DNA of 58,385 nucleotides, filler included, from Sphacelaria rigidula (lineage: Eukaryota): the NCBI GenBank assembly GCA_964200075.2. It is 9 parts of 9 records of this genome, joined end to end, with 100 filler letters (N's around TTAATTAATTAA, not from the genome) between each part and the next. Parts side by side here need not be neighbours in the genome. Positions count along the whole stretch, not along the records: positions 32,494 to 38,891 come from CAXNAA020020321.1; positions 38,992 to 45,389 come from CAXNAA020020322.1; positions 45,490 to 51,887 come from CAXNAA020020323.1; 6 more parts are not named here. The stretch is one strand, 5' to 3'. How positions within the stretch are numbered: the first letter of the stretch is position 1; each line of letters begins with the position of its first letter. The position numbers and the translations under genes were made by a program. The notes beneath the pieces were generated by a model that was given only the letters and a program-made list of their open reading frames with translations, did no database searches and was not told the origin of the DNA. Below are positions 34,580-49,100 of this stretch, piece by piece.

Positions 34580-37500
34580 CGCACGAAAGTAAACCCCAGG
34601 TGCATCTGTTTTGCGAAACCTGCGATGACAAACTCCAGGAACGACCACTAAGCGCAACAAAAGCCAACTTGGGATAACGGGTGAGATCGGGCATCGACAG
34701 CGGCTTCACCAATGGTAGCCAATGGCGGTTTGCTAGACATCTGAGAAGATGGTGTGACCATATATCGGGAAGGTTGTAGCGTAAGGTTAACAGGTGGGTG
34801 AATCGGAGAGACGGGAGCTGGTAGGCGTCCTGCTGGGCTCTCTGGACACTGGACTGTTATCCACGGACCCGAAGTAGGTTCTGGTCACGATCAACGGTGA
34901 GCTACAAATACTCCTTGTTGGAGAGTACTGTACTCTATTCGCAGCAAATCAACGCCACTTTGTTTTTGCCGAGTAGCATCACGTAGCTCCCCAAGTGGTA
35001 AACCCAAGACCGCCCGCACAGCATCAATCAAGGTTTCGTAACAGGGGTGAGTACCGGTCATTCCGCGCAGTTAGCGAACGAACAAAGGTAGGTGAAGTGC
35101 TCTCCGCAGGGGGGGGAACGCCTACTTCATCCGCAGACCTCCAGCTGGACACAGTGGCGAATGATCGTGCTGTGCAGACTCTTACGCATCCAACCTGATC
35201 GCCAGCAAGGAGACCCTTTGCGAGAACAGGTGCAATCGGACCTGAGGGAGGGCGTACTCACATGTTGCTTGCCTTGGTCGTTTGGCCATTGACCACGCAT
35301 CCCTTTCGAGATGGATCACCGCTCCTACTCCTAATAGAGACACCTTCAATATTCCGGCGCGCATTACACTTCCTCCATAGCTCATAACGTTTCTTCCAAA
35401 CATTGCGCAAAACCCTCTTACATATCTCATACATCAGACGCTTTCATGCCACCTTCGTTCACGTCCCGCATTTCTCCGTCCAGCACGTCCCGTTCATCCT
35501 TGTATAGTTCACATTGTGCCACTTTATGACTTCTGCTCTCTATTGCTTTGCCACAGAGGTAGTTCTGTCTATGTACTTCCTCTTTCCGCTTACTGGTATA
35601 CCTCTTCTTTTTTTTCTATTCCTTCTTTTTCTCAGAGCGTGTTTCAGTTTCGTTTTTCTTGGGTAAGTCTATCATGAGACCACGGCTGGACCCCTGGGGG
35701 GTCAGTTAAAGTGCGACAATATATCAGTCACTCAATCAATCTTTCCGGCAGGTCCAGGTCCCCCACCCAAAATCGCAGTGAGAATTATTTTCGCCGCGTC
35801 CACGGAGCCATGGAGATATGTTTTCATTCCGATACACTCTCTCAACCCCCGTATATCTCCAGGTGTTGTTCCTCGTCTATCTGACGTCTGAGCGCTCTCT
35901 TTTTTTGTTCTTTTTTTGTTCTTCACTTATTTTGATCATGTCTCGTACTCTTGTCTTGTACCCTGCGCCTTCACCTATGGACAGTATTTCGTCTTGGTTT
36001 CCTCTTGCCTGCTTCCATACTTTCTCGACCTCTGTATCCCAACTTATAACGTGCCCTTATGTACTTTTCTTCATACAGGCCTATTAACCATAGCTGGCAG
36101 TCTCTTTTCCTGCATGTTTTAAAAGCTATATCGCCATCCAATCTCCTCATGCCTTCTGTTTGTTTCAAGTGAGTACATTCCCAACTCTGCACTCAAAACT
36201 GTACTACTCGTCGTTTTCGAGCATCAAAGTATGTTCTTAGCTGCTGCCATCTGTGCTGTTTCCAACGTTTTCACCAGTTTCACGTTCCACTCCCATACAT
36301 CCCCTGCATATTCCAGCTTTGGTACAATGACGTTCATCAGGATACATCTCTTGATCCTAGTATCTAGGTGCGAGTACCGCGCATTTGTTGACATTCGTTA
36401 TCACGCTCCATTTCCTCGTATATTTTAGCGCCTTGTCTATCTCTTGTTGCAATCCTTCTCCTGTCCCTGAAATCCTCACAAAATAATCGGACCTGAGGGG
36501 GAAACGACTGCCGAAACGGTAGGTGAGAGGCAATCCGAGTACAAAATGGGACCGATAATTGCGAGTCGATGATGAGCAGCTGCCGGCAGTTCCAAAAATG
36601 ATGATCACCGACCTGTTAGCACTTGTTCACACATTTCATGAAAAATTAGCAGTAGGCGCCACCCTATCCACGATGCGTGACCACTTCCCTTTGTCAACGA
36701 GAACGAAAGATATCAGGCAAGATGTGCTGTCATGCAGCTTCAGGAGGCTCAAGAGATCAAGCAGTCGTCAAGCGACCATGAGGTAGGGGCGTGCGGTCGA
36801 CCCATGCGACGAGCTGATCAACGTGGAAACGATTGAGGTAACGTTTCATTCACATGCATACATCTGCCGGGCAGTTGACCTCTCTGCCAGACCCCCACTT
36901 GGTTTTTCACAACCATCAAAACAAGCCAACTGGGTGGTCCGCGCCCCTGCGGATTGTGCCTAACGTCCGGTGTTCCTCGAAAGATTTACTGAAAAGAGGC
37001 AAAGCGTTTAGAGTAGAGAGAGTCACCCATTTACGCAGGTGACTGAAAGAGGACATCGCTTTCCGAAGCGTCACGTCTCCCGCGCGGTCTGGAGGTAGTG
37101 ATGCAAGGACGCAAATACGTACGCGTAAGATAGTCCGCCGGATGTTAAACCGCATCTCGTTACCCGCCTCATCTGAGATTTTAGTCGCTGACGGGTTTGC
37201 CTAGTTTGCCTGACCACCAGACTTCAAGGCGACGCCAACCTTTAAAACCCCACCTCATTCCGAAAGATCGTCGCGAGTCGAAATCCAGAAAGAGATTCAG
37301 GTTACAAATAGCGAGGAAAGGCCCAGGATGGAGCGATGTCGAAGTGGCTACGAGGAAGCGGAGTCCTGGAAAGCCTCACGCTTCCACGAACGGGTTCCAC
37401 GCCCTTTGGCATCTGCACCGCCCAGCCAAGGCATCAAGTACGTAATCCCGCCCGAGCACGCCATGTCCCTCTGTCGTACAGTGATGCTCTGAACTTGTTC

Positions 37501-38460
37501 CCCATAGGTTTGCATTCTGAGAGGATTTTGACGGAGCTGAGCAGAAAGCACATGTGTTTGACGGCGGCAGACGCTTATGGAGATGACAAGACGAGGGAGA
37601 TTACGAGGAATCTTCACGTAAGGAGCTCCAGCAAGAGGCCCACACGAGCGAGCCTATACATCAACGAAGCAGAGAAAGGCATTAATATTGTCCGAAGGAG
37701 AGCGCAGTAGAGCGTTTCGTGCTGTACTGTAGAAGCGAGCAGCAGTTTTGTATTCAAAAACAAAAAAGAATGAGCAGTAGTACAGTACGGTTTCTCTCTT
37801 TTCGTTGAAACAGATGTGTGCAGAATTATCTTTCTACTTTTGTCGGGACTGTTTTTACTCTTACTATCGTTTTTGTTTTTCTTTCTTCGATTTTTAACGT
37901 TTGATATTGATTTTCAAGAGATAGTCTGGACTTGTTCGCCTTGTATTTTAAGGGTCGGAATTTTTCGCTGTAACCCTAATATTTTTCTCTGTTCGGTTTT
38001 CTGGTCTGGATTCCATGTGTTTTTTTCTCGTCTGTTTTTGTTCCTCTTGAGTTTATCGGACTTGATTCTCTTTCCCGTGTCATGCCCTTTTATTTGTTTT
38101 CATGGTTCATGTTTTTTTTCTCCGTATCATGGACCTAGGATGTTATTTCTACTTTTTTTTCATACGTTTTTTTTTTCCCCTTCCTCTTTTATGTTGCGGG
38201 CCTGGTGGTTTATTCCTTCAGCACCACTTTCCGGTTTCTCTTTTCCCCTTCACGTTTTCGCGGGGTCAATCTTGGTCCGCTCTTTTCGTTTTTTTCAGTC
38301 TTGCATTCCATGGGGATTATCTGTCATTTTTTTCCGCTTGATTTTGTGGACCTGATCCTACCCTTTGTTTCAGGTACCCAGTCCGTTCATCACATTTCTG
38401 CGTCCTCGGTGAACGTTGATCCGACTTTAGAGCGCCCCACCCTTCTCATGTAGAAAAGAT
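34580..38460 (+). mobile_element. Decayed Ty3/Gypsy LTR-retrotransposon internal region, interrupted by the LINE at 35249-36484
   Basis: Integrase zinc-binding-like remnant AVPKMMITDLLALVHTFHEKLAVGATLSTMRDHFPLSTRTKDIRQDVLSC (36559-36786), preceded by QQGDPLREQV. Possible protease LDTG near 34845 and a T-rich tract at 37790-38350. Boundaries are approximate. Confidence 0.6.
35249..36484 (-). mobile_element. 5'-truncated LINE (same family as 4763-6068) with 15-bp target-site duplication
   Basis: RT C-terminal remnant ISGTGEGLQQEIDKALKYTRKWSVITNVNKCAV and the same 3' UTR. AATCGGACCTGAGGG at 35234-35248 and 36485-36499. Confidence 0.88.
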
Positions 38461-39799
38461 TCATGTGAGCATTGCACAATAGGGTGGGCGCCGAGTACCT
38501 GCTAGGACACTGTATCGTGACTGAACTGTTGATATACGATGTAGTCCCCCAGTGTCCAGTACGTTAGCGGGTACCGGTCGATAGGAGAAAAAACGCGCAG
38601 CGCTCCCATCAACCTGTAAACGCTTTCTTGGGGTAATTTTTCATGGGTCAACTCTTCGCGAGTCCCACACTACCCAGGATTGGCGTATCCAATCACGGGT
38701 GTCTAAGCGTCGTTACTATCTGAAGATAGCCACGTAACAAAAAATTGTGCGAATTCAGGTTTAACTCCGAGATGAGGTTTCATGCCTAAAACAGTGCTTT
38801 CCCCACACTTTCAGCGATGATGGTGCCTGATGGCGTTTTTGTCGGCCTAATGCCCCTCGATCGCGTATATACTTTTTCAGCGCAATTCACCNNNNNNNNN
38901 NNNNNNNNNNNNNNNNNNNNNNNNNNNNNNNNNNNTTAATTAATTAANNNNNNNNNNNNNNNNNNNNNNNNNNNNNNNNNNNNNNNNNNNNTGGAGGGAT
39001 GGGACTTCAATCTCATTTTATGTTTCAACCCCAAAAATTAGGATCGACTGTTGAATGGGTTCTAGTCCTGCATTCGAACTTCACATAACTTCACAGACTC
39101 CTGAAAGCCAGTTCTGAGCCGGTCATGGTCAGAAGGAAAACATAATACGGAGTAATAAATGAAGACTCACGTGCATCGACGCCCCCTCTCCATTCCTGAA
39201 TGAGCGGGAGCCTACTGCGGGATAACCCTTCAATTTGTGATAGGTGGAGACGATACTTATTCGTAGTGCTGAATGCAATATCAGCATCTATCGACCGAGC
39301 CGTTATTGAGAACATCGCGCAACGATCGACAGCGTCTAATCGAATATGCCCACACTCAGTCATGAGCGAGAATTATATTAAGGTATGGTGCAGTTCATGT
39401 ACATGTAACATCAACCATGTTGGAACTGCGGAGGATTGTGGTAGCCAGTCATAAGAATAGTGTCTAGTGACGTAGGTCATGCGAGTACAATGCGATTGCT
39501 GCACAAACAGCTGGGCAGCCCCAAGCCCCCAGCTTGGTTGGGTGCCTGTGTCATCGAGCCTTACTCTGGGGTTTACATAAGAGTGGTTGGTGAATGAGGG
39601 TGAATTATGAAGTACTAAAGAGATTGAGAGTAGTTGGTGATTGAGTGAGAAGGAGAATGATTGAGAGAGATGAGTGCATAAGAAAAGAGGGTCGACCAGA
39701 AATAATACGAAGCGTTTTACTTTTGTTCTTTGCCCTGAACCAGGCCTATTGACCGCGGTTCATGCACACTTGAGTTGTGTGGACAATTACCCTCGCATC

Positions 39800-42050
39800 A
39801 GTGCGGCTTCTCAGCGTCGTCGTCACTTGGAGCCCCACCAAGCCCAACTAAAACTGAGGAGACCCTGAGTGCTTTGACTAATGGCGTAGAGCCGGGCCCA
39901 AATAGTCTACCTGCTGAACTCCTCAAGCTTGGGTTGGTCTGGGAGTTCTCCTCAGAGATTCTGTGCCACTTCCACAACAGAGTCGCTGTTTTTGGACATC
40001 TGGCGCTAGGTGTCGCAAGAGTGACAGAGTCATCACTATCAAAGATCCACACAGGAAGAAGGATAGGACCGTGTGTGGTAATTACAGGCATACCTTCCTC
40101 GTCGCACATGCTGGATAAATTCTCCAGATTGTATTCAATAGCTTCAACCGCTTCTGCGAGGAGGAAGGGATCTGCCCGGAAGAATAGTGCGGATTCGGGC
40201 GCCAACGATCGACCACAGACATGATTTTTGTGGTACGCTGACTACAAAATTGGGACGGGCGAGACATGTCCCACTAGACATGTGCTTCATCGATATGCAG
40301 AAGGGCTACAATTCCGTAGACCGCTCCCTCCGTGACACGTGCTTGCCCGCTTCAAATTACGCAGCGGGTGATCAAGATCACCCGTATCTTGCACGATAGC
40401 ATGCGAGCTCGGGTACAGCTGGATGCTGGCGAATAATCAGTGTGGTTCCACCTCGGCCAAGGCCCCAGGCAAGAATGCGTTCCTTGCCCACTCTTGTCAA
40501 ACATATTCGGCGCAGCCGTGGTCAACGTGATCTTTTGCAGCGGTTGGTGGAAGACCCAGCCACCGTCTCCGACTCGGTGCTTGTATATCTCAATGATGCA
40601 GCAAAAGGTAACTACGATTAACCCCCGCGAACGACGCCGCTACCGAAGATGCGGCGCCGCGCGGTGTGAGGATATCGTATGTGGGGATGACGTTGGCATT
40701 GTTTTGCGGTCTCCACATGAGCTTGCTACAATGATGGCCGTGGTACTGGGGGCCTATCAGAAGGTCGGGTTGACGGTATCTGGGAGCAAGACAGAGTCCA
40801 TGCCCCTGTTGTCAGTGCCCGGCTCCGTAGAGACCGCACTGCACATGAACTGGGCACGCCGACGGTTTTAGCAGGCGACCAGGTTTGCGTAACCTTTGGG
40901 TGCTGTCCGCGCAGATATGAGTATTTCCATCGGAATCAAACGCCGCATCGGCGCTGCGCGGGCACGTCTCCGCATGTCTAGTTCCCAACTGTACGATCGG
41001 CCAACGCCCCCCGCTGCCGCTGAAAAGCTAGCTGCTTAAAGCAGGGAGGGTGGAAGTTATGCTGCACGGATGTGCCGCATGGATGCTGCATCCCGAAGAC
41101 TTCGAGATTTTGCGCGCTACCCACCGTGATAACTATTGCTGCAAGTAGTTGAATGCCGCACGAAGGAGCGAACCGGCTGCACGTTTCTTTCATACAGAGA
41201 TGTGCTCGACAAGACAAACTGCGAACATGTAGGGAGTACCATTAGTAGTCGTCAATTCCGGTTCGCCGAGGCCCTTGCCCGGCAGGACGCAGCGCGCCTT
41301 TTGAAACGTATCTTGCTCGGCCGGCCAGCCGCGCAAGGGCCCACGGAGGCTGGCCACCCTCCCAAACACTGAGAGGGTCGCCCCGCGCAGAACCTGCCTG
41401 TACCAAAAGCCCTTCCACGCAAAGGAACATGGCGGAACCGCCATGTTCCTTTGTGTGTCTACGATGTGGAGGGCAAATAAGCACACGATGGGGTCAATGC
41501 GGCGAAGAATATGGGCGAACGGCACCTTGGAGCCAAGAAAGGGGCGGAAGAGTTCGCAGAGATGTGGCGACGCAAAGACAAACTCCAATGGGACCTTCGC
41601 CACAAACGAGGGGCTGCTGCGTCGAGAGCCGCCCGTCGGAGAGTCACCACGCTAACACGTCAATAGCAACATCTCGCGAGGAATCCATGACGGAAATGGT
41701 CGAAAGAGTGTTTCGCTTTGTATCCGGCTAGAGGTGAGGAGGCAAGGGGGACTATCGTGGACACTAGCCTTCTCTGTCTTTCTTATCACCTGTTATTTTT
41801 CCCTTGGCGTGTGGCCTTGGTATTTCTGGTTGTTGTGTTCTTGTATATATTCTCATTGCTTTGGGTTAGGGTTGTTGTGTTCTCATTTCTTTGCTTTCGG
41901 GGTATTTTTATTTTCCGTGTTTTTTTATCTTCCGTGTTTTCCCTCTCATATGTTCTCCCTTTTTCTCCCCATCTATCTATCAATATATATACATTGCTGT
42001 CCCTGTCCTCTCAGGCTCACAATCTAGCGCAAATACCCGACAAACAATAA
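39800..42050 (+). mobile_element. Degenerate RTE-like LINE reverse transcriptase with T-rich 3' region
   Basis: Frameshifted RT motifs in order: PGPNSLPAELLK, NYRHTFLVAHAG, PEE*CGF, CFIDMQKGYNSVDR, GQGPRQECVPCPLLSNIF, CGDDVGIV (YADD site), GLTVSGSKTE. Confidence 0.85.
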
Positions 42051-45000
42051 CGGCTACGCAGATCGCCACAAAGTCGAGGGCCTCAAAAGACCTTCTGCTT
42101 GGAGCATGTGAGGGACGCAGGTCTACCGGGGCTGGCTCGCATGCGAGAGGATCAAAAATCTACTTCGACCCTGGCTGCCCCTCGGAATACGCACAACTTC
42201 CCCCCCACGAGTGACTTCAGGTTGCGATACCTGCCGGTCGCGGGATTCAGGCCTTGCCTCAGCTGCAAGGTGGCCTGGTCCGCGACCGTGTGGAGTTTCT
42301 ACGGCATATCATCTCTCGTCACCGTAGATTCGTCAGATTCACCGCAAGGGAACAGACTGGGGGTCGATTACCGCATATTCCAATGCCATTTTCGCTGGGA
42401 AGGCTCCCATCTCTCATCGTCACAAATTCGCTACATACACTGAGAGGGGAGTGCCTGGCGGTCGATCCTCCCCATATCCCAATCAGTATAATATTCGCTG
42501 GAAAGGAGCTCCCGAGCTCTGGGAATTTGGGTGGTCTCCGATGTTATCTGAGTCAATTAGAAACCAACCCCCACCCCGCCCCTGATCCGGCGAAAATCCA
42601 GGGTGCTCCGTCTCGGCTTTGTACGGATGCGAGGTCAACGGTCACAAGACTATGACATGCAAGATTATGAGTACACCCCAGCCCGCTCCTCGCCCAAAAA
42701 CGGAGTACCCATCAAAATTCAACTTCGGAGACCTGGGTATGTGTGACTGCACCCTCCAACAGAGCGTCCGAAATGTCTTCGGGAATTTCGTCATTTTTCC
42801 TTGAGTCGATTGAATCAACATGGATAAATGAGTTTCGGGAGAAGTCAGTAGGAGTCTGATGGTGTTACCCGTTGGCGGTTTGGTACGAATAACAAGATAC
42901 ACGAAATCTTGCCCGAGTGCGCTGAAAATTGGTGGGCGTGTAGCTGACATCAAGGGGACAGCAGCGAGAGCTATTTGACTCCTGACTCGTTGCCAGTCGG
43001 CTGATGTGGGCAAAACAAACGGCGGGGGACATATTTTCAGTAATGTATCATGGGATTCTCCCGCCCTTGGGCATCTACACATTATCTTGACTGGTCCCTC
43101 GAGGTTAGAGAGTGAGGATCTGAAATTTGGAGGAGAGGGGCGCATCGACCATTCATGCGAAGGTCACGACTAGGGGGGCTTCCCTTTTCTTTCTGGAGAG
43201 AAAAGAGGCGTTTCACTTCGTAATTTTCCCTAAACCATTTAGAAAAGAAATGACAAAGACACCCAGCATCATAGCCTTGGCCTGGTCCGGAAGAGCAAGC
43301 ACAAGTCTCCCTAAATATATATATATATATAATTAGGGGTGTATACCGTTCACTTCGACGTCGACGTTTAGATCAGGGGGTCTGAGTCGTTCATGCAGAT
43401 GTAGATGCTGCCCGGGAATCTAGGCGAGGTCTTAGACGTGCAACAGCTGCAGAGGTACGAACTGGGCAAGCCTAAAAATGGACTTGAACTGTCACGCCCA
43501 CATCTCATCGACGTAGGCGAGTTGGGCCGTGATATGTACACCTTGGTAATCGTCTAATCAAGAGGCGGATGTCCATCTACTCAACAGCCTAATCGAAGGT
43601 TTCTCATTGATTAATCGTCATGTCGGGTAAACCCCCGTGACGTACGGAGAAATCTCGATGCTACAACCGTCTATACGAAACCCCATAGCAATACAATCAA
43701 TGGACACCTAACGCTGATTTTTAGATGGAGCAGTCCTCCGGCCAAGGGGAAGCGATCGATACCCTCACCTTCACCTAACCCGTTACCTATTAATAGATGT
43801 TTTGAGCGCATAGTACCCTTGACTAAAATTGATGTATCATGGATTCCTTGTCTCAGCTACTTTCGGCGTGTGCTTTGAATTCCGGTATGAAGTATGGCAA
43901 GGGCAAAATAAATGGGGGGAAACCTTACTTGGCGCATCGAGATGTTTTTTTCTAATGAGCTAAAGACGTTTTATTTTCTAACTTTTTGTGAAAAGTTTAT
44001 ATTGCTACCCCTGAGAACATTTCATATTAATATATATATATATTATTTGGTCTTTTTTCCAGGGGGAAGGGGGAAGGATTTTCCACTTGTGGGACAGTTA
44101 ACATCGTATTGGCCTCCACACAGGGGATGTCGCCATCACATGTCCTGGACACTTTTTTTCATGACCCTAACGAGAAGAGTCTTCCCAATTTTCCGATTCG
44201 CTTGGCCCCGAGATTTTGAGAATAGCCTGACAACAGAAAACAACGGTAAGATCCGGTGTGTGTGATGACTAATAGTGAAATATATATACACAGGGTTGTT
44301 CAGGGTGAACGGCCGGGGTTTACTCCCCTGAAATCCTTCTCGCTGTTTTCCGAGTTAGACCCTAACATTTTTGCACCCGGGTGCTCTGACATATTGAGAA
44401 GGGCTGTATGAAGGAGTTCTTTCATTTTTTTTAATAGATATCGAGGAGGGGGCAAAACAAATGACGTGAAGGATTTCCCACAGATGCGTTGAAGTACACA
44501 AATGTACGCGGAGTTCGCCTAACTACTTGCTTGTAGTGTGCTGCCGACGTTCTTCATGTGCGCTTGAGCTTAAATCGACCGTTTGGGGTCAGCTTTTCGG
44601 GGTACGCAACGTTTTTTATTACAGAAGGATCTTTGGACTACCTTGGGACGAATTTTAATTGATTTTGTTTGTGAAGCAATCTGCACCGGCTTCTGGGGGG
44701 TCTTCACGCTTAGACCCCCGGAAGCCGGTAGACGGCGGATATATACTTCGGAATATTCGTCAACGATTTTTCCCCCATTCATCGCACCCACATCGACCAA
44801 ATTGCCAAGTTTGAGCATGATCGGAGCATTTCTACGAAAGTTACAAAGAGTCAAGAGGCTTTCTGGATCTTCGATGCATATTACGAGTGGAAATCCGACA
44901 ACGCCAAAACCCCACGTCACCGAAATACCATGTTTTGGTATATAACTCGATCCCACACAAACCGTTTTTCAAAGATGTCTTTTGTTTTAGATTCCGCAGC

Positions 45001-46180
45001 TGATGGCAGGTCATACGGTTTAAATGGTGATGAGAGTGGGTACGACTTGAGTCGGTACTTTTCATTTTTGATTCCGGAATAATATGAAGGCCCATTGTTG
45101 GCCGAGAAACATGCTTACTATCAGCGCCATGTAATAGGGTTATGCTGCATGTAAGGCAAGCGCTGGCTTACTACGCAAGGCAAGGAGGGGCCAGTCAACA
45201 GGCTGGACAATCAAGCCGCACAATAGGCACAGGTACTATGCAGTGTATGTTCACACTGCGTACCACCCTCGCACAGATGTGTCAGAGGTATCAGAATGTC
45301 ACGCGTTGGTAGATAAAACAGCCTGGATTCGTTTTTGAGGTTCAACATTGAATTGAGGTTCAACGGACCATCGAAATTTCATTTACTTTNNNNNNNNNNN
45401 NNNNNNNNNNNNNNNNNNNNNNNNNNNNNNNNNTTAATTAATTAANNNNNNNNNNNNNNNNNNNNNNNNNNNNNNNNNNNNNNNNNNNNTTCATGCGACT
45501 CGCCGAGCATACCACGGCGCTTCGCGCTTGGTGGTTTGAGTGCGAGCTTGACCCGGCGAGAATCCGGCGTGCTCCGTCCTGGCATTGTAGAGATGCGAGG
45601 TCAATGGTCTTTGGACTATGGCATGCGTGATCATGAGTACACCCCCCCCCTTCCCCCTGTCGTAGCATGACTTGGATACAGTAAACCAGGGGCGCAATCA
45701 CCGTAAGAAAACATGGGACATTTAGGCGTGTACGTGGAGGGAGTGCACGACAGTAACATGAGCTTGTGTGTGCAAGGTATTAACTAGTGTCCGAGCTTTC
45801 ACCGTGACGCGACTCGAGACTGAACGCTCCCGTTCATGCTGACTGCCCAAGGTGTGCGCATGTGCCAAAATCAGAGAAAACAAAACACTCAAGAGAAAAA
45901 TCATACAGGCAGCTCCAATCAAAGCGGGCACGCACCGTACGATATATATACATACATATATACCATGCACCGTACGATATATATACATACATATATACCA
46001 TGCATATCAAGCAGAGGAGGCAGGGAAAAAAAAAAGGAGGACTAGAAAAGACAAATAGATATGTATATATATATATATATATCACATTTTACATACAAGT
46101 ACACCAACCGACCACCCCAGCAAAAACAATCACCCCCTAAAAGAACGACCGACCGTATCCCACCGTACCCACCGCCCTAC

Positions 46181-49100
46181 CTTGAGGTTGGCGGCGCCGA
46201 ACTCAATCCTTCTCCTGCGTTTGACGAGCATGTACCAAATCATGGCGGTCACCAGGGCGGGGAAAATCGCGGCGGGGCAACCCATCACGGCCAGGATGAT
46301 CGCGGACATTCCCCAAATGCCGGCCAACAGTCCGTATGACGAGAACAGGATGCCGCGCCCGCAGAGTACCAGGGAGTGCAGCATGCCTATCGAGGTGAGG
46401 CCTGCGATGGCGATCATGACCACACCGCCCACGAGGAACAGGGCCAGGCCCATTCCCTCTTCTGTTTCGTCTGCTCATTACGGTCGCGGAGGGAAGGAGA
46501 GAGGGTGTTGTTGTTGTTGTTGTTGTTGCTGTCTTTACATTGAAAACTGTTCCGATATCTGTGCGGTAAATTCGTACTGGGCATCTGATGCGGACGCCTT
46601 CCGTGGTCACAGGCATACTCACGACATTGTACGCCGTAGTCACAAGACCGTTGACAAAAACCCGTTGGTAGTGCTGGTCGCCGGTATGTCACTTGTGAAA
46701 CCGCTCAACACTACTGCAGACAACCCCTTACAGTGCAGATACCGGCACCAGTGAAGAGATCCTTGTAGTGCGGGAACCGGTACCACTGCAGACGACCCCT
46801 TGTAGTGTAGATACCGGCACTGCCGCAGAGATTCTCGTAGTGCCGGTACCGGCACCACTGCAGACAACCCTTTACAGTGCCAATCTGGGCATCCCTGTCT
46901 CCCTTAGTAGTGCCGATCCACTCCACGTCGGCACTGCTGAACATCAAAACTTTATCCATGTGATACACAGGCAACAGAGGCCGGTGCTTGTGATAGCGCG
47001 GGGCAGGACAGGGGGGGGGGGTCCCACCAGCCTGCACTGAGCTTTCGTCGCACTGTGGTGCCCTGGAGAAGGCAGCGTAGGAGAGCGGCAATGGAGAAGC
47101 CGCCATTTTACCTGATGAAGGCCATGATAAGCGTTTATTGCACCCTATGCCAACAACCCAGCTCGGCAGGCAGACATGAAAAAATATATTGAGGGGGAAG
47201 CGAGGGGAGAGTAATGAGAGTAGAGTCGGTAGATTTCCGGTATTTCTTGACAGTACCGCAGGTTTGCGTTACAGTACAGGACAGGACAGGATAGCCGTGA
47301 TACTTGAGTAGAGGCCGCTTTGTTCTACCTGTGTTGTTGTGGTTTTCCAGTCGCTGTGGCCAACACGGTCTCTGGGTGCAAAGCTACAGCACTTATCCGT
47401 GGTAGCTGTCTTTTTCTTCCTGTCTTGGAACCCTCAGCCTGAAGCTTCAGACAGTGTACGGCGCCGTCTATTTCGGTCGTGTCTACGGGAGACCAATGCG
47501 CCGTGGTACAGACAGTATCAGCTGTATTGAGCCCAGAGAAGAAACCACCCTGGGTACGGAGGTGATCACAATCAACCCGGACTGCTGGCGCACAAGGCGT
47601 GGGATCCGTGGTGGAGCAACTAGCACGGCCAAGGACGAACGTCGCTGCCCAGATCGTGAGTGGTTGCTACTCAAAACCTCCCCCGGTCCTGGAATTCATG
47701 ACTGAATTGGTACTTTATTCTCGGAGCTGAGGGCACCACTCTGTGCACACCAGTATTGTTGCTCCTGACCGTGTCTGGCGTGGAATTAGACTTTGCACGA
47801 CGTGTCACCTTGTTATTAGGGAGGGAACTACTTCGCAAAACCTCGCGGTGAAGTAGAAGTTGGAGTTGGTCAATCACCAAAATATTCACGTACAACCCCA
47901 AAATGACCATACCCTAAGCTGGTACCGGGAGAAAAAGTCCAACTATTATACTTGTCGGGTACTGTCACAGGGTATACCCGACATTGTTGATATTTTGAAA
48001 AGTGGAGATCCAAGCCATGCCCACAGGAACAGCAAGCACGTTCCCCTGTCTCAAGCCCATACCTATGACTGACTTGGGCAGGTGATGTGCGACTTTTCAA
48101 AATACCAAATTATGGGGTAAACCCCACCCAACACGCTCTTGAATACCACCACAACTACCCCCATGGCTGACAGATGGTCAGCACGCCCGTTCCAAAAGTT
48201 CTCGTGACTGTCTGTGAGGGGACGGAGTTTGCCCTCTTGCCAGGTAGGGCGGCGAGCGTCCACGGCAGAACCCACTGTTCGGGCGAGAGGAGCTTAAACT
48301 AGAACTGTCGAGCGACGTGGAGCGGGAACGTTGAGCCCCCAACCCTCAGAAATACAGCGGAGCCTACGTAGAGGGTGCTCCTTAGTTGTTTTCCTTTGAG
48401 CGTTGATGCATGACCGGGCAAAGGTTGATGACACGAGTGGCAGGGTCTGTTGCTGCCTGCGTGCCTGATTAATATTATACCTCCTATAATTGTCATCCGA
48501 CAACAGGTGTGTTCAGTAAAAAAAGGCAGGCGCAGAGCGCAGTGCTTGTATCCACCGTTCCAACGCACACCGCGCTTCTCAGCGCCTTGCGCCGTTTAAC
48601 CTGTGACTTTGACACCTACCTCTGCTACTAGCCAGCGCATCCTCCAAATTTTCGGCATCATCACGCAAGAGGCGCGCTTGTCTCACCCAACCTTCCAAAA
48701 ATACTCTCCAACCCCCATGGAGTACAGAATTGCGTGTGAGAGAGCGATCAATGTTTTGTTCAGTGAAATAAATAAATAAATAATCGGAGAGATAGAATAT
48801 TTTAGTATTTAGGCAGAGGTCATCGACCATTGTTCTTCCATGACATACATGAACCCCCACATGTGTAGTCTACACTCTAGGTCTGTATATAACTTTTCAT
48901 GTATCGTCCGCTTACGGACTTCGGACACGGAACCCCTGCACATGTAGACAGTACACGGCAAAGTGTCACTACTATTGTTAGGCCGAAGGGTGAAAAAACG
49001 GAAGACTTGACTGGAACGCGTAAGCTGTTGCGGTGTATTCAGAGGTGAATTCCATGGACTCTTGTAGCTCTGGACTTGACTTGACTTTCTCTGTGTCTGA

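Noticed and set aside
44570..44956. 128-aa and 120-aa ORFs on opposite strands
   Set aside because: No recognisable motifs. They lie in what looks like non-autonomous DNA-element sequence.
46711..46885. CRISPR-like array of ~36-bp units
   Set aside because: Units abut with no unique spacers, there are no cas genes and the setting is a eukaryotic intron. It is a minisatellite.
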